Source: a virus
Length of the DNA stretch: 64,000 bases
Reading direction: 5' to 3' (one strand)
IMG/VR virus record: IMGVR_UViG_3300027763_000040
Location: 1 to 64,000 of that record
A program made the translations under genes and the position numbers. Below are positions 47,939 to 55,728 of this stretch, piece after piece. The notes beneath the pieces were generated by a model. It did not search any database. It was not told where the DNA came from and saw nothing but the letters and a program-made list of their open reading frames with translations. Position 1 is the first letter of the stretch. Every line of letters starts with the position of its first letter.

Positions 47939-48605
47939 ACTGCTCAAGTTTATCTCCAACAAATTTTCTAATATATTGGACGAGCAATTTAAGGTACTTT
48001 GCTTTGTCGTATTCTTCATAAACTACACATTCTCCATTTTCACAAGACATAATGATAACAAATTTTTTGACTGGTATCTCAGTCAGTTCGTAATACATTG
48101 CTGCATAAGCACAGCACTGTACAAAATAATGGTCAATCCACTCACGTGGTTTGGGTTTTTTGGAAGTCTTAAAGTCGATGATCGCTAGTTCGCCATTATA
48201 TTCAGCAATGCAATCAACGGTTCCCGCAACACCTAATTGCTTACTATATAGGGAACCTTCAAGAGCGTGAATATTATTTATATTATTCAGTTCCGTTTTT
48301 GCAATCTTAAAAAGAAAATCCGCCAGCGGCGCAACAGACGGCAAATCTTGATTTTTAAGATAGTTCTCCGTAAGAGAATGCATATCCGTACCGCGAGAAG
48401 TAGCCGCCTTAGTAATCTTCTCCGCCTCCGCCTCACCAATCCTTTTGCGCCACTTAACAAATATTTCACGATTAAAATGACTTGTAACAGAAGTAATTGA
48501 AACTAGTTTAAGAAGTTCTTCCTCGTCAGGAACTTTATAATATCGAATACCATCTATAGTCTCCCGTTCAAGTTTTGGGAGAATCACATCAACATGATTG
48601 AACAT
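47925..48605 (-). CDS. PD-(D/E)XK exonuclease
   Basis: SITSVTS, RGTDMH, AGTVDCIAEY, IIDFKTS, YFVQ..AYA. Confidence 0.9.
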   Translation of the reverse strand: MFNHVDVILPKLERETIDGIRYYKVPDEEELLKLVSITSVTSHFNREIFVKWRKRIGEAEAEKITKAATSRGTDMHSLTENYLKNQDLPSVAPLADFLFKIAKTELNNINNIHALEGSLYSKQLGVAGTVDCIAEYNGELAIIDFKTSKKPKPREWIDHYFVQCCAYAAMYYELTEIPVKKFVIIMSCENGECVVYEEYDKAKYLKLLVQYIRKFVGDKLEQYGTK

Positions 48606-49360
48606 TAAAAACCTGCTTCTATTTTAGCAACAATGTATTCTTTGACAAGTCCAGAACGAACAATATCATCAACACCAAATTCTATTATATCAATAGATGG
48701 CATTTTACGCAAGATGCTCATAAAATCAACAATTCCATTACGCTCATTAGATTTCTGCAAATCCGACTGAGTAGCATCTCCACAAAACATAATCTTAGAG
48801 TTTTCACCAACACGAGTAATGATTGAATCCAATTCATGTGCCGTACAGTTTTGAAATTCATCTACAATAATGATTGAGTTATCAAGTGTCGTGCCTCTCA
48901 AAAATGAGGTACTCCAGAACTTAATCGTTTCCTGTGCCTTAAGATTACCATAAAGCATCTCAAACTCTGCATCAGAAGGCATCTGGAACATATACTTTAC
49001 CATATTCTTATAAGGAATCTGATAGATATCCGATTTGTCTTCATAGGAACCAGGAAGGAAACCAATCTCCCTTGTAGCAACTAAAGAACGAACCAAATAG
49101 ATTTTCTCATAAGGAGTTCTTTCATCAAGAACTTCACGAAGAGCATTATAAAGAGTGATGAAAGTCTTACCGGTTCCTGCACATCCATATGCGACAAGAT
49201 GTTTACCTTCGGCATATGCGTCAAAAAGTTTGCCTTGATTATCCGTAAGTGGATCAATATCTAATAGATATTCGCTCCCGAGTGCCTTTTTCCTCTTTGC
49301 CTGACGGGTTGTAAGACCAACACCAATTGGTTGGTCGTTCGTCCTTTTTCTTCTTGCCAT
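48605..49360 (-). CDS. phoH: PhoH-family ATPase
   Basis: GCAGTGKT, REIGFLPG, FLRGTTLD, VDEFQN, CGDATQSDL, DIVRSGLVKEY. Confidence 0.95.
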   Translation of the reverse strand: MARRKRTNDQPIGVGLTTRQAKRKKALGSEYLLDIDPLTDNQGKLFDAYAEGKHLVAYGCAGTGKTFITLYNALREVLDERTPYEKIYLVRSLVATREIGFLPGSYEDKSDIYQIPYKNMVKYMFQMPSDAEFEMLYGNLKAQETIKFWSTSFLRGTTLDNSIIIVDEFQNCTAHELDSIITRVGENSKIMFCGDATQSDLQKSNERNGIVDFMSILRKMPSIDIIEFGVDDIVRSGLVKEYIVAKIEAGF

Positions 49361-49361
49361 A

Positions 49362-49604
49362 TTAAAGTTTTTTTATAGTTGAACCGGGCATTTTCTGTGC
49401 TTTTCCAAGAACATCATTCCATCCTGGATGTTTGTTGGCGAGTTTATCTCTCCATTCTCCAACCTCTCCTGGACTTGCGGATCCCTGCGACCAATCCCTT
49501 TGCCACTCAGGATTGTCCTGATACCACTGCGTGATGTCATGAACACTCATTTCAATCACTTTCGTCTCACCAGTTTCTTTATGAATAATCGGATAAATTG
49601 CCAT
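49362..49604 (-). CDS. Conserved hypothetical protein upstream of phoH
   Basis: 80 aa, MAIYP...TGE..., GWNDVL......PGS. Confidence 0.7.
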   Translation of the reverse strand: MAIYPIIHKETGETKVIEMSVHDITQWYQDNPEWQRDWSQGSASPGEVGEWRDKLANKHPGWNDVLGKAQKMPGSTIKKL

Positions 49605-49629
49605 GGGGTTTAATAATGTGTATCGTTAT

Positions 49630-50265
49630 TTAGACCCATTCAAGGGCTTCTGAGACTGCTGGGAATTGTTCGGCAAACACTTTCTTACATGCCTCTGCAA
49701 TTTCCATATGTTCTTTTTGAGTTCCGTGTGCAGAACGCAGATTGATATAATGAATCCACGACCTGCAAGAGCCTGTCATATAAATTTTTGTAGGAACTGC
49801 AAGTGGCAATACAAACCTAGCACACTCCTTTGCCACATCACACTCTAGGAGTTCCTTGTAGAGGTCTTGAGCGGCATCAAAATGATCTTGGATCTTAGAG
49901 TAGAGTTCTATCTTAAGGTCTGCTGGGAGGTCGTCTGTGGAGTTCTGGCGGTTCTTTGTGTCCTGCCTACGAAGTTCTGGTAGGGGAATATCCTCTGCAA
50001 TCAGATTTGTGTCAGCATAACGTTGTGAGAACTCTTGGAATGTGAAGCTACGATGACGCAGAATTTGTGCGGCAATACCACGAGTAGTCTCAATCTCCAG
50101 TGTCATAGAAGACTGTTCAAACACAGACCAATGATTATGCTTAATGCAATAAGCAAGCAACTTGGAATAGTTTTCGTTATCCTGATTTGCAGGATTAGAA
50201 ACTCTCGCAATAAATGCCATTGTTTTTTCTGCATCTGGTGTAATACTAATTAATTTTACAGTCAT
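49630..50265 (-). CDS. thyX: Flavin-dependent thymidylate synthase
   Basis: HWSVFE, QILRHRSFTFQEFSQRY (ThyX motif), ECARFVLP, LR....Q.EH. Confidence 0.95.
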   Translation of the reverse strand: MTVKLISITPDAEKTMAFIARVSNPANQDNENYSKLLAYCIKHNHWSVFEQSSMTLEIETTRGIAAQILRHRSFTFQEFSQRYADTNLIAEDIPLPELRRQDTKNRQNSTDDLPADLKIELYSKIQDHFDAAQDLYKELLECDVAKECARFVLPLAVPTKIYMTGSCRSWIHYINLRSAHGTQKEHMEIAEACKKVFAEQFPAVSEALEWV

Positions 50266-50429
50266 TTCTTTCCAAATCCTTTTGATGTTTGTTGTTCAAT
50301 TTGTTCCAATTCTTGTTTTACACTTCGAAGTTGTGCTTTCATTTCTTTCAATTGTTCTCCAGAATAAAGATGATCTTGTTTGATCAATTTTTCCAACAAT
50401 TTTACAAGTTCTTTTGCTTTATTAGTCAT
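50262..50429 (-). CDS. 55-aa coiled-coil protein missed by the ORF track
   Basis: MTNKAKELVKLLEKLIKQDHLYSGEQLKEMKAQL...KGFGKK*. Stop overlaps the thyX ATG. Confidence 0.7.
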   Translation of the reverse strand: MTNKAKELVKLLEKLIKQDHLYSGEQLKEMKAQLRSVKQELEQIEQQTSKGFGKK

Positions 50430-50580
50430 TATAGTCCTCAAAGATTTCGTCGTAATCTAATTCTCTTGGTTTAATATCATCATATCGATATGATGGTGTA
50501 TCGGAATAAATTTCCGCCTTTAACGAATCAAGAAGAAGTTCCATATTTCGGATTATGAGTTTTAATTTGTCTTTGTCCAT
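50422..50580 (-). CDS. 52-aa acidic protein missed by the ORF track
   Basis: MDKDKLKLIIRNMELLLDSLKAEIYSD...YDEIFEDYND*. Confidence 0.7.
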   Translation of the reverse strand: MDKDKLKLIIRNMELLLDSLKAEIYSDTPSYRYDDIKPRELDYDEIFEDYND

Positions 50581-50601
50581 CCTTTATAGATCTCTCAAAA
50601 C

Positions 50602-50636
50602 ATTTTACATAAAAAAAAGGAGGGTGTCAACCCCCC
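50602..50636 (-). terminator. Intrinsic terminator overlapping a sigma70 promoter
   Basis: GGGGGG-TTGACA-CCCTCC-T8. The loop TTGACA is 17 nt from TAAAAT. Confidence 0.7.
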
Positions 50637-50642
50637 AGTATA

Positions 50643-50756
50643 TTATCGCATTGCCATTACAAGTTTTGCTTGATGCTTGCGTTGTTCTTTTTCCTTTTGC
50701 TGCTTGATTAAAACAAGTTGCCAGTTATTTTTATTTTTCACATTTGCTTGTGACAT
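50643..50756 (-). CDS. 37-aa basic, Gln/Lys-rich peptide downstream of the riboswitch
   Basis: MSQANVKNKNNWQLVLIKQQKEKEQRKHQAKLVMAMR*, with SD AAGGAG at 50765-50770 and a terminator after it. Confidence 0.7.
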   Translation of the reverse strand: MSQANVKNKNNWQLVLIKQQKEKEQRKHQAKLVMAMR

Positions 50757-50788
50757 TAGGTTTTCTCCTTAGTGGTTTAGGTTAAAGA

Positions 50789-51002
50789 GCGTTCCTTCAG
50801 TCGGCGGTTGCGTCTATTTTACACTCTTTGGGAGTAATTTTTTTGATTTCCCAAATTAAATCGTTGCGAGTTTGTGGAGGCATATTTGCCTTCATAACTC
50901 TTCCAATGATTAACTTTGCTTGTAGACAACTAAGTAAGAGTGCTTCCATAGATGAACGATCCGTTCCGCGTCGGCTTACTTCCGACCCTTTCGGGTTGAA
51001 CG
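50789..51002 (-). ncRNA. Glutamine riboswitch-like RNA (glnA motif) with a large internal insertion
   Basis: 5' CGTTCA-ACCC GAAA GGGT-CGGAAGTAAG and 3' CTGAAGGAACGC match the P1, P2 and E-loop elements of the glutamine-I aptamer. Confidence 0.7.
50797..50949 (-). CDS. 50-aa ORF nested in the riboswitch-like RNA
   Basis: MEALLLSCLQAKLIIGRVMKANMPPQTRNDLIWEIKKITPKECKIDATAD*. The track's upstream TTG start lies in the -35 box, so it is unlikely to be used. Confidence 0.55.
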   Translation of the reverse strand: MEALLLSCLQAKLIIGRVMKANMPPQTRNDLIWEIKKITPKECKIDATAD

Positions 51003-51009
51003 TAGAGGT

Positions 51010-51062
51010 ATTATACCCCCATTGCGGGTATTTAGTCAAATAATTCTGTAAAATGTGATACA
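51010..51062 (-). promoter_or_regulatory. Sigma70 promoter with an upstream NtcA-type box and an overlapping late-promoter-like CTAAATA
   Basis: TTGACT-18 nt-TATAAT (51039-51010) and TGTA-N8-TACA at 51047-51062. Confidence 0.7.
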
Positions 51063-51065
51063 GTT

Positions 51066-51437
51066 TTACTTGCGCTTTTTCTTTTCTGGAACACTATATC
51101 CCCAATTTCTAGGGTTAATCTTACCATAACCCCATCTAATACTACGAATAGTATTGCCTATTTTATCATAGTACATATCAAAAAGATTTACTCTTTTTCC
51201 ACATCTTGTTAAATCATAACAAATCTCACCATCTACGATATATTCAACAATATATGCATCTGTTGGTACAGTATAATCTTTTGTTTCTTGTAATGTACAA
51301 TTGTGTTTGAGTATTTCACACCCATAACGAGATTTAAGTTCTTTTATTTCCTGAGCGTTCCAAATATAATTGGAATCTTTATCAGATACTTTATTTTTTT
51401 CTGTTGACATTATATTTTCTGCAACTACATTTTTCAA
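51066..51437 (-). CDS. Conserved hypothetical protein
   Basis: ORF track: YGCEIL...FDMYYD...WGYG.INP. Start uncertain. Confidence 0.7.
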   Translation of the reverse strand: MKNVVAENIMSTEKNKVSDKDSNYIWNAQEIKELKSRYGCEILKHNCTLQETKDYTVPTDAYIVEYIVDGEICYDLTRCGKRVNLFDMYYDKIGNTIRSIRWGYGKINPRNWGYSVPEKKKRK

Positions 51438-51471
51438 TTTTTTAAATCCACAATATTAATTAATAACAATA

Positions 51472-52122
51472 TTAACCACGATTTCCCCAACAAATATCCG
51501 GATATGCTTGGGAAACAATGTCCTTTGAAATTTTATACTTTGTCTCTAGATTCTTATCTTTAGTAAGGCAGAGAATTTCCGATTCAAGTGGATGAAGTCC
51601 TTGAAGAATATTAATAAACATTGTCTCTCTACGAATAGAAGATAGTCCATCATTACCACCTTTTACAAAATTATAAAATTTGGTATATTCTTTACGAATT
51701 GATGATTTACCTTGATCCGTTGAACCAAGTGATTGTGTTCCAAGTTCTCCCATTTTATAAACAGCATCTTCAATTTTTTGACTTAGAGTCGAATTAAAAG
51801 ATCCTTGTTCACTAACATCAGAGTAAGGAACTTCTCCCGAAGGAAGTAATGAAATTATAGTTTCATCAAAATTCCAAATAAAAATTGCTTTTAATGAATC
51901 ATGTTCATATTTTTTAAGAACTTCAACCTTTTTAGAAATACTCCTTTGCTTTGAAGCAAGATTGAGAATTTCAAATATAAATGGGTTAGCTGGAAGTTCT
52001 AGAATTGGAGTTTCAACAACCTTTTCGGTAACTGTTTTTGGTTGTACCGTTTTAGTTGCCGCTTTAGTTGCTGCTTTAGTCGTCGTCTTCTGTGTCGTCA
52101 TATTCATAGTCAGTGTTTTCAA
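51472..52122 (-). CDS. Conserved T4-like hypothetical protein
   Basis: LPANPFIFEIL, IWNFD, RRETMFINILQGLHPLESEIL. Start uncertain. Confidence 0.75.
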   Translation of the reverse strand: MKTLTMNMTTQKTTTKAATKAATKTVQPKTVTEKVVETPILELPANPFIFEILNLASKQRSISKKVEVLKKYEHDSLKAIFIWNFDETIISLLPSGEVPYSDVSEQGSFNSTLSQKIEDAVYKMGELGTQSLGSTDQGKSSIRKEYTKFYNFVKGGNDGLSSIRRETMFINILQGLHPLESEILCLTKDKNLETKYKISKDIVSQAYPDICWGNRG

Positions 52123-52303
52123 ATCTAAATGCGATTACTTCATCGGGAATAACATTCCCATGATTATCATAAAATTCAGGATGCATTCTTGGCGTTTCCT
52201 GATAACTCAACATATACTCTCTAGCAACCCATCCCAAACCTATTCCCACTATAAGAAATAATACGGTTAAAAATGAGCCAAATACTAAACTGATTGCTAA
52301 CAT
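52076..52303 (-). CDS. Small membrane protein
   Basis: N-terminal transmembrane helix, HPEFYD..GN..PD, acidic tail. Confidence 0.7.
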   Translation of the reverse strand: MLAISLVFGSFLTVLFLIVGIGLGWVAREYMLSYQETPRMHPEFYDNHGNVIPDEVIAFRFENTDYEYDDTEDDD

Positions 52304-52320
52304 TTTTTTTCTCCGGGAAA

Positions 52321-52500
52321 TTACTTCTTTTTTCTTGATTGAAAGTAAAATTCGAAATGAATGGTTGTTTCCCGATTAAGAAAGCAGACCATCTTTTCAA
52401 AAATAATATGGAACGGTTTGGTCTGCTTTTTGTTGCCTCCTTTAAGTATAACTTCGACTCCACGATTAATATCGGGGAATTCATTATTATTTATGCCCAT
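52321..52500 (-). CDS. Small basic hypothetical protein
   Basis: MGINNNEFPDINRGVEVIL..., starting just after the glutaredoxin stop. Confidence 0.55.
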   Translation of the reverse strand: MGINNNEFPDINRGVEVILKGGNKKQTKPFHIIFEKMVCFLNRETTIHFEFYFQSRKKK

Positions 52501-52501
52501 C

Positions 52502-52738
52502 TTAGACAATTTTTTGTTCCCTAAGGAAATTGATTGTATCAATACATCCGCCCAATTTTGTACCGTCACAAACAACTTGTGGGAAAGTTGACCCTTCACC
52601 AAATTCTGAATAGAATTCATCTCTAGTAAAGTCGGAATCTAAAGTATAAACTGCAAAGTTACTTTTTGTCAACTCCAAAACAGTTTTGACTTTATAGCAA
52701 TAAGGACAATCATTTTTGCTGTAAACTGTAAAATTCAT
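52502..52738 (-). CDS. nrdC: Glutaredoxin
   Basis: VYSK..CPYC, TFPQV, LGG. Confidence 0.9.
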   Translation of the reverse strand: MNFTVYSKNDCPYCYKVKTVLELTKSNFAVYTLDSDFTRDEFYSEFGEGSTFPQVVCDGTKLGGCIDTINFLREQKIV

Positions 52739-52772
52739 AATAGAAAAAAATTAATTTATTGTTAGTATATAT

Positions 52773-54881
52773 TTAAAATCCAAGATTCTTTCTACGAACA
52801 AATTTTAAATCATATGTCGTATGTGAAGCGGATAGTGTTTCATTATTAAATGGATATTCAAATGGATGAAAATTCCAATCTGTTCCTTCTTGATTTCTCC
52901 AATAGTCTCCCCATTTTTCTCTCATATAATACCCATTACAGTCATGGGCATAATCTATTTTTTCCCTCAATTGAGGATCTGTTCTCCAAGTTTGAGACCC
53001 ACTATTTTCATAATCTTTTTCGCCATGTAGATATTCTACCGACAGATTATGAATCTTAATATTTTTCTTCACGGTTCTCAAATAATAATCACAATCCTCC
53101 ATATAAGCGGGATAAAAATTCTCATCAAATAATCCACACTCTTGAATAACTGAATCTTTAATTAAAAACAAATCCCATTGATATTGCTTTCCTTTGATAA
53201 TATCAACATTTTCATCCTTCGATTTCTCCACAAATTCTTTTAATAAATTTGGAGTAAATGCAATATCATGACTACAGATAATCCAATATGGAGATTGCAT
53301 GTATGATTTGATAATTAAATTATAAGCTCCAGAGCATCCAATATTTGATGGTAGATTGCAAATATGAATTTTTTGAATAAAGTTATGAGGGGTTTTAGAG
53401 AGTCTCTCCAAATCCTCATCAAGTTCACCCCTTCCGTTATTATTAATTACACATAATTCTTTAACAGGATAATCAACACTATCAACTAATCTTTGCAACC
53501 AATTAAAACCATTAACAATTGGTACACCAATTACGGGGATTGGATTTGAAAACTCTGGTGGTAATTTTTTTTCAACTTCAACTCCAATACGATTTAAGTT
53601 TTCGTATACCGATTGTTGATATTGTGCGTTTAAATCATAATTATTATAGAGATCTAATAAAATTGATTTAGATTCCTCATTTTTTCCCCACCACCAACCA
53701 GAGATTGCCTTTTCAAAAAGAAGTCCATATCTTCCAGGATATTCAACATCAGTTAAAAGTGGAGGATTGGATTCAAAATCTGCGTACATCAATGCATTAT
53801 TAGCATGAATATAACAATCTTGCCACCATTGCCTTCTTTCAGCAAATCTACTTAAAAGAAAATATGCTTCTGGTCTTTTGGGTAATACACAGAGTGCTTG
53901 TTCAAGAAGAGATTTTGCACTTCCATCTCTAGTACCTTGCTTATCATAACAATATGATGCACGAATCAATGCCTCATAGGCAAGATTATCATCATCAGAT
54001 CTCTCAGCGCATCTCAAAAAATAAGAAAGTGCTGGGGCCGTATGTCCCTGATTTTCATACCAAACAGCAATATTAAAATTATGCATTGGATTCTCAGTAT
54101 CCAAAGAATAATTGGTCAAAAGTTGTTCCAGTTCTGATTTTAAATGAATCTTCTTTATTTCCATTTTAGATTTCCAATAATTCAATACAATATTATGAGC
54201 AATTTTATGATTATTTTTTTGTCCAAAATTTACATCGTCATCCTGATCTTTTGAAAATGTTGAATCAAATTCAATATTTTCTACAAATAATGGAACAGTA
54301 TATGTTTTACCCGTCGTGAATAAAATATTTTCTATTAAAGGCATTATTTCACAATTTGGAATTTCCAAGTGAAAAGTATCACCGTTAATATAAGTATCTA
54401 TAAGTTTTTTTGCATATCCCCTAGTAATAATATATGCAGTTGCTCCCCAATCATTCCAATATCTATCACGAATAGAAAACGTATCAAAATCTTGCCTAAT
54501 TGTTAATAACTGAATACAGTCATAATCCATGGGAAAAGTTTTTACAAATTCTTCCCAAGTAAAGTCCCAATATTCAATAGTTTCTAACGAAAGATCATCC
54601 TCACAAAAAAATGCAAAATTTTCATTATAATTTTCATACCAATGCTTAATGGCTTTCAAGTGTGATACACAACATCCAGCAGTTCCAGCATTTAATTGAT
54701 GTAAATATTTACCACTAACACTATCATTAGATTCAGAAAATCTTTTTGAAATTATGGGAGTTAAGGAAATATTATATTTGGAGAATTGATCGTTCATATT
54801 TTTTTGACGATCTACACACTCCTCCAAAGACATGTAATATGCAGTTGGAAAATTTTCTAACTTATTCATGTTCCTTTGCAA
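52773..54881 (-). CDS. Multidomain glycosyltransferase: GT25-like, TPR, GT2-like
   Basis: GCCVSHLKA..W...FCEDD...AYIITR..AKKL (GT25); TPR-like helices; NIGCSGAYN...GLFDENFYPAYMEDCDY (GT2). Confidence 0.8.
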   Translation of the reverse strand: MQRNMNKLENFPTAYYMSLEECVDRQKNMNDQFSKYNISLTPIISKRFSESNDSVSGKYLHQLNAGTAGCCVSHLKAIKHWYENYNENFAFFCEDDLSLETIEYWDFTWEEFVKTFPMDYDCIQLLTIRQDFDTFSIRDRYWNDWGATAYIITRGYAKKLIDTYINGDTFHLEIPNCEIMPLIENILFTTGKTYTVPLFVENIEFDSTFSKDQDDDVNFGQKNNHKIAHNIVLNYWKSKMEIKKIHLKSELEQLLTNYSLDTENPMHNFNIAVWYENQGHTAPALSYFLRCAERSDDDNLAYEALIRASYCYDKQGTRDGSAKSLLEQALCVLPKRPEAYFLLSRFAERRQWWQDCYIHANNALMYADFESNPPLLTDVEYPGRYGLLFEKAISGWWWGKNEESKSILLDLYNNYDLNAQYQQSVYENLNRIGVEVEKKLPPEFSNPIPVIGVPIVNGFNWLQRLVDSVDYPVKELCVINNNGRGELDEDLERLSKTPHNFIQKIHICNLPSNIGCSGAYNLIIKSYMQSPYWIICSHDIAFTPNLLKEFVEKSKDENVDIIKGKQYQWDLFLIKDSVIQECGLFDENFYPAYMEDCDYYLRTVKKNIKIHNLSVEYLHGEKDYENSGSQTWRTDPQLREKIDYAHDCNGYYMREKWGDYWRNQEGTDWNFHPFEYPFNNETLSASHTTYDLKFVRRKNLGF

Positions 54882-55728
54882 TATAAAATTGAGGATGTAC
54901 TTCCTCCACTTTCCACTCAGTCATTGGATTCGCATAAATGTAATTTTTTTCCATATTAGATATCCATTCATGATTCATATTAATATGTGTTTGTGCCAAA
55001 CAAAAATCAGTTTGCCATTCCAATTCTTGGTTTCCAAATCCATTATTTTTTAATACTTCTTTTATTTCATCTCTACGATGTCTTTCAGAATCTGATGCTT
55101 CAAAATTTTCTGTTCTTTTATTATCTGGATGAGGAATATGAATTATATTGTGGTCATAATCAATTCCACGATTTTTTAAACCACAATTTTCCAATCTAAT
55201 CATAATATCTTGATCTTCAGAAGCATACCATTTGCGGAATTTTTCAGAAAAACCATTTACCTTCATAAAATTGTCTTTTGAAAGGTAAAGAAATCCAAAC
55301 AAATACTTATAATAAGGATCGAATCCTCTATCAATAGTATTTTGTCCACAAACAAAAGATTGATCATCTATAAAATAGTTTTCATTTTCAAAAAAACTAA
55401 AGTATGGATTTAAGATATAGTCACAATCCATTTTAAGAATATACTTACTGGTCGCTAACACAGCAGCAAGATTTAATGGTTGTGGTTGATTAAAATACTT
55501 TTGATCGGGTACTGATACAATTTTAATCCTTTTATCCCATTTTGTCAAATATTCCAACGATTCATCTGAGCTCCAATCAACAATAATAATTTCAGAAATT
55601 TGGTCAAAATTTAACCAAGATCGAAGAGAAATATTTAATGCAGGATTTCTATTTTTACAGGCACAAATAGCGGTAATAGATTTTTCAAACATATTCATAT
55701 AATTAATTTTTTGTATATTGCCAAACAC
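54862..55728 (-). CDS. GT-A glycosyltransferase (GT2/GT7-like)
   Basis: ACKNR, IIIVDWSS, KMDCD (DxD), F.KVNGFSE...W..EDQD...RL. Confidence 0.8.
   Translation of the reverse strand: MFGNIQKINYMNMFEKSITAICACKNRNPALNISLRSWLNFDQISEIIIVDWSSDESLEYLTKWDKRIKIVSVPDQKYFNQPQPLNLAAVLATSKYILKMDCDYILNPYFSFFENENYFIDDQSFVCGQNTIDRGFDPYYKYLFGFLYLSKDNFMKVNGFSEKFRKWYASEDQDIMIRLENCGLKNRGIDYDHNIIHIPHPDNKRTENFEASDSERHRRDEIKEVLKNNGFGNQELEWQTDFCLAQTHINMNHEWISNMEKNYIYANPMTEWKVEEVHPQFYIAKEHE

Noticed and set aside
50950-51039. N-terminal extension of the 80-aa ORF in the track
   Set aside because: Its TTG start is in the -35 box, upstream of the predicted transcription start, and the extension runs through the structured RNA.
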